A stretch of DNA of 64,000 bases from an uncultured Actinomycetes bacterium (GCA_963832065.1 CAWHSV010000008.1:80671-144670), one strand, 5' to 3'; positions 38,823 to 46,621 are shown, counted from the first letter of the stretch. The notes: generated from the sequence alone by a model not told the origin. Program-made: numbers and translations.

Positions 38823-39599
38823 CTAGCGAGGCTGCTGACAGAGATAGACGGCCTTGGTGTGGAGATCTTCATCGAGAACGGGGTGAAGATCGCCGTCCAG
38901 CTCGCCGAAGACGCCCAGGGATCGAAGTCCCACCGCGTCGATCGCGGTCAACACCTCGTCTTCGGAGAAGTGACGCTGGCGATGGACATGCGCCGTGCCC
39001 GACTCGCCTTTCGCCTCGAACCTTGCCCGGTTCATCGAGCCCGGCGCGACGTCCTCCGGGGACATCTGCCCGTTCCAGACGAAGCGTCTTCCGTTCTGCT
39101 CGACGACGTGTTCGTTGCTGAAGAAGGTCCGGTAGGTGGCGAGAGTGTTGAGGTCAAAGAGCACGATCCCGCTGGGCGCCAGGTTCCGGAGCATTCCCGC
39201 CAGGGAAGCTTTGAGCTCCTCGACGCTGAGCAGGTAGTTGATCGCGTCGTTCACGGCCCAGATCAGATCGAACTCGCCCAGAGCGGGCAGCTGACGCATG
39301 TCGGCCTCAAGCAGCGTCGCGCCCTCGCCGACCTTGGAACGAGCGACATCGAGCATCGCCGGGGAGATGTCGCAGGCGGTTACGCGCCAGCCACGGTCGA
39401 GCATCGGCAGGAAGCTGAGCCCGGTCCCGCAGCCGACGTCCAGCAGTCGATCGCCTTCGAGGCCCATCTCGTGTGCCTTGGCCAAAAGCCGACCGGTCCA
39501 CCGCTCGTACATGTACCCACGGTTGAAGTCGTCATATGACGAGGCGTAGGCATCGTAAGCCTCCTTTGCCGATCCGCCGGCTTCCCCCGGAGCCATCAT
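38823..39599 (-). CDS. Class I SAM-dependent methyltransferase (258 aa), translationally coupled to the upstream E1-like gene
   Basis: The ATG at 39597-39599 overlaps the upstream TGA (ATGA). Motif I is RLLDVGCGTGLSFLPMLDRGWRVTACDISPAML. The ORF-track entry 38823..40340 over-extends the N-terminus. Confidence 0.8.
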   Translation of the reverse strand: MMAPGEAGGSAKEAYDAYASSYDDFNRGYMYERWTGRLLAKAHEMGLEGDRLLDVGCGTGLSFLPMLDRGWRVTACDISPAMLDVARSKVGEGATLLEADMRQLPALGEFDLIWAVNDAINYLLSVEELKASLAGMLRNLAPSGIVLFDLNTLATYRTFFSNEHVVEQNGRRFVWNGQMSPEDVAPGSMNRARFEAKGESGTAHVHRQRHFSEDEVLTAIDAVGLRSLGVFGELDGDLHPVLDEDLHTKAVYLCQQPR

Positions 39600-40678
39600 C
39601 TCGTCGGGGCGGGTTGAAGCTGCGAGCAGACCGGGCAGGTGGGCTCCGGCGCCACCTCGAAGCGCTCGACTTCCATTGTGCGCAGGTCGAAGAGGTAGCC
39701 CGCGCCCAGCATCGGCGGCGCGACCAGCCCAGTCAGGAAGTGCATTGCTTCCGCGCCGACCAAACCACCGACCAGCCCACACGCGGGGCCCAGGGTCGCG
39801 GCCGGCGAGGGCTTGGCGCGGCGTTGGGCGATCGCCACGTCGTAGAGCGGGTATTCCCGGCGGTAGGCGATGTCCTGGCAGCCGAAGCAGCCGGTCTGGC
39901 CCGGGACGTAGAGCGGCCCGGCTCGGGCCATGGGCGGGAAGTGGCTCATCGCTATGTAGGGGACCCCCGCCTCGAAGCAGGCTGCGTTGCACCAGTACTC
40001 GATCTCGTGCGCAGGCCAGTCGGCGGCATCGACCACGAGGTCGGCGCCGGCGATGAAGGCGGCCAGCTGCGCCTGGCTCTCGACACGTTGCGCGACCGCC
40101 TCCACCTCGATCCTCGAGTTGAAGGCGCGAAGTCGCTCCGCCGCCGCTTCGACCTTGAGCCGGCCGATGTCCGCCTCGGCGTACTGGATCTGGCGATTGA
40201 GATTGCTCTCCTCCACGCGGTCGCCGTCGATCAGGCGGAGCGCTCCAACCCCGCAGCAGGCCAGCTCCCAGGCGACGCGCCCGCCGAGCCCTCCCACGCC
40301 GAGCACGACGACGCGAGCCTCTCGCAGCCGAGTCTGGCATTCCGATGGCGTTACCCCGCCGGTGGAGCTGAGGTCGCTGAAATATCGAAGCTGGCGGTCG
40401 AAGCGGGCAAGGTCGGCCGGCGGTACCCGGTCGTCGTCGTCGGCGTCCTCGAGCAGGTCCATCTCCTGCATCTGCGCGATCACGTCTGCGACCTCCCGCG
40501 GGCCAAAGCGCGCGTCCAGCTCGTCCCTCGAAGCACTCCCGTCGAGGGCCTGCAAAAGGTCCCTTTCGCGCTCGCCGGGCCGTTCGATGCGGATGTCGTC
40601 GGCGCTGGACCGCATGAGCACGAGGTCGCCGTTAGGCGCCTCGATCTGCTCGATCGTCCTTTTCAGGCGGGGTCGCAT
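39596..40678 (-). CDS. E1/ThiF/MoeB/MccB-like adenylyltransferase with an N-terminal ~90-aa PqqD/RRE-like peptide-binding domain
   Basis: RFDRQLRYF, the nucleotide loop VVVLGVGGLGGRVAWELACCGVG, DGDRVEESNLNRQ, and the zinc motif CFGC...CPVC. The N-terminus has beta strands followed by LLQALDGSASRDELDARF...VADVIAQMQEMDLLE. Confidence 0.85.
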   Translation of the reverse strand: MRPRLKRTIEQIEAPNGDLVLMRSSADDIRIERPGERERDLLQALDGSASRDELDARFGPREVADVIAQMQEMDLLEDADDDDRVPPADLARFDRQLRYFSDLSSTGGVTPSECQTRLREARVVVLGVGGLGGRVAWELACCGVGALRLIDGDRVEESNLNRQIQYAEADIGRLKVEAAAERLRAFNSRIEVEAVAQRVESQAQLAAFIAGADLVVDAADWPAHEIEYWCNAACFEAGVPYIAMSHFPPMARAGPLYVPGQTGCFGCQDIAYRREYPLYDVAIAQRRAKPSPAATLGPACGLVGGLVGAEAMHFLTGLVAPPMLGAGYLFDLRTMEVERFEVAPEPTCPVCSQLQPAPTR

Positions 40679-40724
40679 TACTTTCTACACTGTTTGTTAG
40701 TAGGGGAATTTCTTTGACACTGCT

Positions 40725-40744
40725 CCCGGGTCAGGCGACCCGGG
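40725..40744 (-). promoter_or_regulatory. Intercistronic stem-loop between the precursor genes and the E1-like gene (possible attenuator or mRNA-stabilising hairpin)
   Basis: CCCGGGTC-loop(4)-GACCCGGG, a perfect 8-bp GC-rich stem. It lies 18 nt after the second peptide stop and 46 nt before the E1-like ATG. No U-tract follows. Confidence 0.5.
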
Positions 40745-40762
40745 ATGCAGCAGAAACTCCAC

Positions 40763-40822
40763 TCAGCCGCCCTTCGACGTGCTGACCGCTGGAAACGTCG
40801 CCTTCGTGGCATCGAATTTCAC
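40763..40822 (-). CDS. Candidate RiPP precursor peptide 2 (19 aa): MKFDATKATFPAVSTSKGG
   Basis: GGAGGTG (40829-40835), a 6-nt spacer, then a GTG start, 19 codons and TGA. It is a paralogue of 40901..40960. It does not appear in the ORF track. Confidence 0.55.
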   Translation of the reverse strand: MKFDATKATFPAVSTSKGG

Positions 40823-40900
40823 CCTGCTCACCTCCTCTGGAAGAAGCCCCAGGCGGAGGCAGCCCCCCGGTAGCGATGCCGTCGGAGGGCCACCACGCGC

Positions 40901-40960
40901 TCAGTTGCCCTTCGTCGTGCCCATCGCGGGCAATGTCGCCTTCGTGGCATCGAATTTCAC
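40901..40960 (-). CDS. Candidate RiPP precursor peptide 1 (19 aa): MKFDATKATLPAMGTTKGN
   Basis: GGAGGTG (40967-40973), a 6-nt spacer, then a GTG start, 19 codons and TGA. The C-terminal residue is Asn. It does not appear in the ORF track. Confidence 0.55.
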   Translation of the reverse strand: MKFDATKATLPAMGTTKGN

Positions 40961-41120
40961 CCTGCTCACCTCCCTTCAACCCTGTGAGAGTCTGAGCAAG
41001 AATGACTTATCACTGGCAGCTTTAGCCACCGATGACGAAATAAGTCTGCATTTTGGAAGGAAAACCGATTACTGTCCGCTAGCCGCAGCCATTCAGGCGT
41101 CACTGAGAAGTGGAGGCAAC

Positions 41121-42374
41121 GTGGGTCCTCAAGAGAAAGATGCCGCGCCGCTGTTTTTGATCGAAGCCAAGCTGGCCAAGGCGCTCGCCAACCCCTGGCG
41201 CAACCGGATCTTGATGGAGCTTCACCTCCAATCGATGAGCCCAAAGCAGTTCAGCGAAAGGTTCGGCGGCGACCTGACGCTCATTGCACGTTATTTCCGC
41301 GAGCTCAAGGAGTGGGACTTCGTCGAAGTTGCGGAAGAACTGCGCGGTGGTAAACGGCGCGGTGCTATCGAGAAGGTATATCGAGCCACTCAGCGTGTTC
41401 ACTTCGATACGGCAACCTGGGAGCTCTTACCGCGTTACCTGAGAGCGGAGTGCTCTGGGGCGATTTTGCAGAGCCTCATCCTTCGCATCGTCCAAGCGAT
41501 CGAAGGGGGGACGTTTGACGCTGAGGTGGATCGCCATCTTTCTTGGCGAACACTTCCCTTTGACCGACGGGCATGGACGGAATACGTCACGCGGCTGGAC
41601 GAGGTTCTCGCCTGGGTCGCAGAGCTGGAGGCGGAATCGGCCGCACGCATCGCGGCAACGGAAAGCGAGGCCATACCATTGACCGTCGCGCTCTTGGCCT
41701 TTCGGTCGCCGTCTGAGCCTGTTGAGATTTCCAACTCTTTACAAGAGAGCTCAGAGCTTGAGCAGGCAAGTCAGCCTCCCAGCGCGCCACCATTTCTTAT
41801 CAGTGCGCAAATGGCAAAAGCTTTGGCGAATCCATGGCGCAACCAGATCTTGACGGAGCTTCACGTCCGCCCGATGAGCCCCAATCAGTTCGCTAAAGAG
41901 CGCGGGGGCCCAGAGCTGGCAACCATCGCACGCTATTTTCGCCAGCTAAAAGAATGGGGGTACCTCGAGGTAGCGGAAGAACTGCGAGGAGGGAGGAGGC
42001 GAGGAGGAGTCGAGAAGGTCTATCGCGCGATGCCGCGTGCCCATTTCGACATAGCTATGTGGGAACGTCTTCCCCGCCACCTGAGAGCTGTAGGGTCGGG
42101 GAAGACCTTGGACCACCTCATCCGTCGGATCGATCAGGCAGTCACATTGGATACGTTCGATGCCGATTTGGATCGGCATCTCTCATGGAAAGCAATCTGG
42201 CTGGACCGGCAAGCGTGGATCGAGTACGTCATCCGGCTCGATGAGCTCCTGACCTGGACGAATGACCTCGAAATCCAGGCGGCGCAACGCTTGGCCGAGA
42301 TGAGAGAGAAGCCGACCCCGACAACGGTTGCGCTTATGGCGTTTCGTGCGCCCGACCGTCGTATCCTGGATTGA
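41121..42374 (+). CDS. Protein made of two tandem copies of an ArsR-like winged-helix module plus a helical domain
   Basis: AKALANPWRNRILMELH...ARYFRELKEWDFVEVAEELRGGKRRG.IEKVYRA...DRHLSWR recurs as AKALANPWRNQILTELH...ARYFRQLKEWGYLEVAEELRGGRRRG.VEKVYRA...DRHLSWK. The proposed start is GTG 41121, after GGAGG. The ORF-track start at 40779 reads through the repeats. Confidence 0.7.
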   Translation: MGPQEKDAAPLFLIEAKLAKALANPWRNRILMELHLQSMSPKQFSERFGGDLTLIARYFRELKEWDFVEVAEELRGGKRRGAIEKVYRATQRVHFDTATWELLPRYLRAECSGAILQSLILRIVQAIEGGTFDAEVDRHLSWRTLPFDRRAWTEYVTRLDEVLAWVAELEAESAARIAATESEAIPLTVALLAFRSPSEPVEISNSLQESSELEQASQPPSAPPFLISAQMAKALANPWRNQILTELHVRPMSPNQFAKERGGPELATIARYFRQLKEWGYLEVAEELRGGRRRGGVEKVYRAMPRAHFDIAMWERLPRHLRAVGSGKTLDHLIRRIDQAVTLDTFDADLDRHLSWKAIWLDRQAWIEYVIRLDELLTWTNDLEIQAAQRLAEMREKPTPTTVALMAFRAPDRRILD

Positions 42375-42445
42375 CTCGAAGACAGCGAAGGGCTACCAGC
42401 TGACCCTGGCCTGAAGCAGTCGAAATGATCATCTAGGGTCCGTCG

Positions 42446-44251
42446 ATGGGCGCCCACGATGCCGAGCTGATCCTGATCGCCGGCTCGTTGTTGGCGGCCG
42501 GGATCATCGGGGCGCTGCTGGCCGACCGGGTCCGCGTCCCCGGCCTACTGCTCTTCCTCGGCCTTGGCATGCTTGCCGGCTCGCAGGGGATCGGCGGCAT
42601 CGAGTTCGACGACCCCGGGCTCGCGCGCACGCTTGGGACGATCGCCCTGATCCTGATCCTCTTCGAGGGCGGGCTGACCGCCGGCTGGTCGGAGATTCGG
42701 CCGGTGCTGGGAACCGCCGCCTCGCTGGCGACGGTGGGCACGGCGGTCACGGCGGTCATCGCCGGCCTCGCGGCGAAGGAGATCTTCGAGCTCAGCACCC
42801 TGGAAGGGATGCTGGTCGGCGCCGCGATCGCCGCCACCGACTCCGCCGCGATCTTTGCCGTGCTGCGCCGCTCGACGCTCGAGAAACGGCTCGCGCGCGC
42901 GCTCGAGGGCGAGTCGGGAATGAACGACCCGGTGGCATTGCTGCTGGTGATCGGCTTCATCGAATGGATCCAGGAGCCGGGCTTCGGCTTCGTCGACATG
43001 ATCGGGCTGCTGGCGCTGAAACTGGCGATCGGGACGGCGATCGGGGTGGCGGTCGGCCGCCTCGCCGTCGCCGGGCTGGACCGGGTGCGGTTGCCTACCG
43101 ACGGGATCTACCCGGTGGCGACGATCGCCATCGCCAGCCTCTCCTTCGGCCTGGCCGAGGTCGCGCACGGCTCCGGGTTTCTCGCCGTGTACCTGACGGC
43201 GCTGGCGCTCGGCTCGGCCCGGATCCCCGCCCGGCGCACGATCGTCGCCTTCCACGAAGGACTCGGCTGGGTCGCCCAGATCTCCCTCTTCATCCTGCTG
43301 GGGCTGCTGGTCTTCCCGAGCACGCTCGGCGACGTGGCGCTGAAGGGGCTGGCGCTCTCGGCTGTCCTGATCGTGCTGGCCAGGCCGGTCGCGGCCTTTG
43401 CCGCCACGGCGTTCGCGCCGCTGAACCTGAGGGAGCGGCTGATGCTCGGCTGGGCCGGCCTGCGCGGCGGCGCGCCGATCTGGCTCGCGACCTTCCCGGT
43501 CGTGGCGGGGATCGGCAGCGGCGAGCAGCTGTTCGCGATCGTCTTCTTCGTCGTGGTCAGCTCGACCCTGGTCCAGGGCGCCTCCTTCGAGCCGCTGGCC
43601 AAGCGGCTCGGCCTCACCACCGACGAGCCGTCGCTGCCGCGGCGGCTGCTCGAGTCGGGGCGGATCCGCCGCATGGGCGGCGACGTGATCGCCTATCGCT
43701 TACCCCCGGGCGCGGCGGCGGCCGGCCATTACGTGCGTGAGCTGCAGCTGCCGCGCGAGGCGCTGGTCAACGTGATCGTCCGCGACGGTCACGCGATCCC
43801 GCCGCGGGGCTCGACGGAACTGCGCGAGGGAGACGAGCTGCACATCCTCGTCCGCGGCGAGCTGCGCGACGAGGTCGAGGAGCAGACGAAGGTTTGGACG
43901 AAGGGTCCCGTGGGCCGCCCCGCCCCGCCGCCGCTGCCGCACCGCGCCGCCTCGCAGATCTTCTCGGTGCGGCCGGCGCGCCAGGACGACGATCCGCTGG
44001 CGCGAGGCGAGGTCGACGGGATCGCGGTGCTGGCGGTCCTGCGCAGTCGCCGCGACGGGGTTGGGGTGATGGCGGCGCTGGCCGACGGCCGCTACGCGGT
44101 GACCGGCGAAAAGGTGATCGCGGTCGGCGGTCGGCGGTCCCTGGCGGACTGGTGCGAGCGGCGCGCCTCACGGGCCGACGTCGATCAGGCGGAGCGCGCC
44201 TGGTGGCAAGAGGTCACCGGCGCGCTGATCGCCCGCGGGCGGAGGCTCTGA
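42446..44251 (+). CDS. K+/H+ antiporter (CPA1, NhaP2/CvrA-like) with a C-terminal RCK_C/TrkA-C domain
   Basis: Intact 601-aa ORF with about 12 TM segments, ILFEGGL and ATDSAAIFAVL. The RCK_C domain reads YRLPPG...LQLPREALVNVIVRDGHAIPPRGSTELREGDELHILV. Confidence 0.8.
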   Translation: MGAHDAELILIAGSLLAAGIIGALLADRVRVPGLLLFLGLGMLAGSQGIGGIEFDDPGLARTLGTIALILILFEGGLTAGWSEIRPVLGTAASLATVGTAVTAVIAGLAAKEIFELSTLEGMLVGAAIAATDSAAIFAVLRRSTLEKRLARALEGESGMNDPVALLLVIGFIEWIQEPGFGFVDMIGLLALKLAIGTAIGVAVGRLAVAGLDRVRLPTDGIYPVATIAIASLSFGLAEVAHGSGFLAVYLTALALGSARIPARRTIVAFHEGLGWVAQISLFILLGLLVFPSTLGDVALKGLALSAVLIVLARPVAAFAATAFAPLNLRERLMLGWAGLRGGAPIWLATFPVVAGIGSGEQLFAIVFFVVVSSTLVQGASFEPLAKRLGLTTDEPSLPRRLLESGRIRRMGGDVIAYRLPPGAAAAGHYVRELQLPREALVNVIVRDGHAIPPRGSTELREGDELHILVRGELRDEVEEQTKVWTKGPVGRPAPPPLPHRAASQIFSVRPARQDDDPLARGEVDGIAVLAVLRSRRDGVGVMAALADGRYAVTGEKVIAVGGRRSLADWCERRASRADVDQAERAWWQEVTGALIARGRRL

Positions 44252-44268
44252 GGCGGCCTCAGAGCCTC
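44242..44268. terminator. GC-rich hairpin between the convergent antiporter and rpe genes (possible intrinsic terminator)
   Basis: gaggctctgagg-cgg-cctcagagcctc is a 12-bp perfect stem that includes the antiporter stop codon. On the plus strand it is followed by ttggtgctt. Confidence 0.45.
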
Positions 44269-44276
44269 TTGGTGCT

Positions 44277-44963
44277 TCAGGCTGCGCCGGCTGCGGCGGC
44301 GATCGCCGTGTAGGCGGCGGCGGGGTCGTCGGCGCCGAAGACGGCGGAACCGGCGACGAAGAGGGAGGCGCCAGCCGCGGCGACGGCGCCGGCGGTGGCG
44401 GTGTCGATGCCGCCATCGACCTCGATCCGGGCCTCGCCGGCAAGCGAACGTAGGCGCTCGACCTTGGCCGGGGAGGACGCGATGAAGGCCTGGCCGCCCC
44501 AGCCGGGGTTGACGGTCATGCAGAGGGCGATGTCGGCGTAGCCACGCAGCTCCCCCACCGCCTCGGCCGGCGTGCCGGGGTTGAGGGCGACCCCGGCCAG
44601 GCAGCCGAGCTCGCGGATCGCGTGCAGGGTGCGGTTGGCGTGCGGGGTCGCCTCCTCATGGAAGGTGATCGAGTCGGCGCCCGCCCGCGCGAACTCGTCG
44701 ATTTGGCGCTCGGGCGTCTCGATCATCAGGTGCACGTCGACCGCCCCGCCCGCGGCGTGGACCTGGTCGGCGATGCCGCCGAGGACCAGGGGGCCGATCG
44801 TGATCGGCGGCACGAAATGGCCGTCCATCACGTCGAAGTGGATCACCCGCGCGCCGGCGTCCATCACCTCTTCGACCTTCGACCCTAGCTTCGCGAAATC
44901 GGCCGAGAGGATCGACGGGGCGACCCGCGGCGACTCGATCAATTCCCGCATCCGCTCGCTCAT
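44277..44963 (-). CDS. rpe: Ribulose-phosphate 3-epimerase
   Basis: Intact 228-aa ORF with PSILSADF, HFDVMDGHFVP, HLMI and GWGGQAF. Confidence 0.9.
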   Translation of the reverse strand: MSERMRELIESPRVAPSILSADFAKLGSKVEEVMDAGARVIHFDVMDGHFVPPITIGPLVLGGIADQVHAAGGAVDVHLMIETPERQIDEFARAGADSITFHEEATPHANRTLHAIRELGCLAGVALNPGTPAEAVGELRGYADIALCMTVNPGWGGQAFIASSPAKVERLRSLAGEARIEVDGGIDTATAGAVAAAGASLFVAGSAVFGADDPAAAYTAIAAAAGAA

Positions 44964-45004
44964 CGGCGTGAGCCTACTGAGCGCGTCCGGACGCGCTCAG
45001 GCGC

Positions 45005-45256
45005 TCAGGCGGCTCGCAGCATCGAGGAGCCGCAGGCCTGGCACTGCATGTCCTCGGTGTTGCTCATGCGGGCGATCGTCTGGTGTTCGCCGCAGTTGGG
45101 GCATTGGGAGACGAGTTCGAAGCGGCTGAGGCAGTTGACGCAGCGCAACCGGCCCGGCAGCTGGGTCGGGCGCAGCCAGGGCTCGCCGCAGCTCGGGCAG
45201 GGGGCCCGGCCGAGGGTGGTTCCTTCCCCAGATCCGACGTCTCCGGTCTCGCTCAT
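45005..45256 (-). CDS. Small zinc-ribbon protein (83 aa), function unknown
   Basis: Four CxxC pairs: CPSC, CVNC, CPNC and CQAC. Confidence 0.5.
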   Translation of the reverse strand: MSETGDVGSGEGTTLGRAPCPSCGEPWLRPTQLPGRLRCVNCLSRFELVSQCPNCGEHQTIARMSNTEDMQCQACGSSMLRAA

Positions 45257-45259
45257 CGT

Positions 45260-46621
45260 CTAATCATGCCGCCTCAGGCGGCCGACGAAGAAGCCGGTGG
45301 TGCGGTCGCGGTCCGGGCGCAGCTGCAGGCAGCGCGGCTCGAGCGGGGAGGCGAGCTCCGGCGCGCGAGCGCCGAGGTCCTCCAGCTCCAGCGGCGGCGC
45401 CTCCCCCGCCACCGAGGCGGCGAGCAGGGCCGCGACCCTGTCCTCGTTCTCGCGGCGGGAGATCGTGCAGGTCGAGTAGACGAGGATGCCGCCGGGGCGC
45501 AGGGCACGGGCGGCGCCGAGCAGGGCGCGCGCCTGGACGCCGACGAGCCGTTCGATCGCCTTCGGCGATTTGCGCCAGCGGGCATCGGGACGCGAGGCGA
45601 GCGCGCCGAGGTCCGAACAGGGCGCGTCGAGCAGGACGCGGTCGAAACCGGATGCGACCTCGGCGGCGGTGGCGTCGGCCTCGACCACGGTGATGCTGCG
45701 CAGGTCGAGGCGACCGGCCTGGGCTGCGACTTCGCCGGCCCGGGTGGGGTCGAGCTCGACCGAGATCAGCTCGCCACGATCGCCCATCCGCGCCGCGATC
45801 TGACCGGTCTTAATCCCCGGACCGGCGCAGAGGTCGAGCACCTGCTCCCCCTCCTGCGGGTCGAGCACCTCGACCACGGCGGCGGAGCCACGGCTCTGCG
45901 GGGTCAGCTCGCCGCCCGCGACCATCGTCGCGACGATGTCGCCGGTGCGCCCGGAGATCACGATCGTCTCCGCCGTGGCCAGCGGCCAGCCTCCCCCTGC
46001 CGGGGCGGCCTCCACCCCGGCGGCGCGCAGCTTCGCCAGCGCCGCCTCGCGGTCGCCGCTCGCCCTCATCGCCACCTCCGCCGGCTCGTTCACGGCGGCG
46101 AGCAGGGATCGCGCGCGCTCCGGCCCCAGCTCCTCCCACCACATGCGGGTCAGCCAAGCTGGGGCCGAGTGGGCGACCGCGGCGGCGTCCGCGGAGGAGT
46201 CGTCCTCCAGCAGCGCCGCCGTCAGCTCCGCCCGCTCGCGCGTGGCGCGGCGAAGCACGGCGTTGACGAGGCCCGCGGCGTGGCCGGCGCCGCCCGCCTT
46301 GGTCAGCTCGACCGCCTGGTCGACGGCGGCGTGGTCGGGGGTGCCGTCGGCGAAGAGCAGCTCGTAGAGGCCGAGTCGCAGGGCGGCCAGCACCGGCGGG
46401 TCGAGCAGCCGCGTCGAGCGACCGGCAAGGCGTTCGATCGCGGCGTCGAGGGTGGCGCGGTGCTGGACCGTCCCGTAGGCGAGCCGCTGGGCCTGGGCCC
46501 GCTCCCGTCCCTCGACCCCGAGCCGCTCGGCGCCGGCGCGGAAGGCGCGCTCGGTGTAGGCGTCCTGCTCGAAGGTCTCCCGGATCGTCGCGAAGGCGAG
46601 CGAGCGGGCCGGCGCGATCAC
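45260..46621 (-). CDS. rsmB: 16S rRNA (cytosine967-C5)-methyltransferase RsmB
   Basis: The GTG start overlaps the fmt stop (GTGA). It has an N-terminal NusB-like domain, then VLDLCAGPGIKTG, DAPCSDLG and YSTCTI. Confidence 0.85.
   Translation of the reverse strand: MIAPARSLAFATIRETFEQDAYTERAFRAGAERLGVEGRERAQAQRLAYGTVQHRATLDAAIERLAGRSTRLLDPPVLAALRLGLYELLFADGTPDHAAVDQAVELTKAGGAGHAAGLVNAVLRRATRERAELTAALLEDDSSADAAAVAHSAPAWLTRMWWEELGPERARSLLAAVNEPAEVAMRASGDREAALAKLRAAGVEAAPAGGGWPLATAETIVISGRTGDIVATMVAGGELTPQSRGSAAVVEVLDPQEGEQVLDLCAGPGIKTGQIAARMGDRGELISVELDPTRAGEVAAQAGRLDLRSITVVEADATAAEVASGFDRVLLDAPCSDLGALASRPDARWRKSPKAIERLVGVQARALLGAARALRPGGILVYSTCTISRRENEDRVAALLAASVAGEAPPLELEDLGARAPELASPLEPRCLQLRPDRDRTTGFFVGRLRRHD

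Larger units (their letters stand above)
40762..40973. repeat. Two 74-nt direct repeats (40762-40835 and 40900-40973, period 138 nt)
   Basis: On the plus strand the 3' 39 nt are identical (gtcgccttcgtggcatcgaatttcaccctgctcacctcc), and 9 substitutions fall in the remainder. The unit boundaries coincide with the SD and the stop codon of the minus-strand mini-ORFs. Confidence 0.9.

Noticed and set aside
40762-40973. A possible CRISPR-like array or MITE, given the 138-nt periodic repeat.
   Set aside because: There are only two copies. Each unit is an SD plus mini-ORF. There are no cas genes and no terminal inverted repeats.
40731-40979. The 82-aa minus-strand ORF (MKGGEQGEIRCHEGD...) and the first 114 codons of plus-strand ORF 40779..42374, both covering the direct repeats.
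   Set aside because: Both simply read through the two repeats in other frames, which explains the internal duplications GGEQGEIRCHEGD and GNVAFVASNFTLLTS. The 82-aa ORF has a TTG start with no SD site. The repeat boundaries coincide with the SD and stop of the 19-codon frame, and the substitutions fit that frame.
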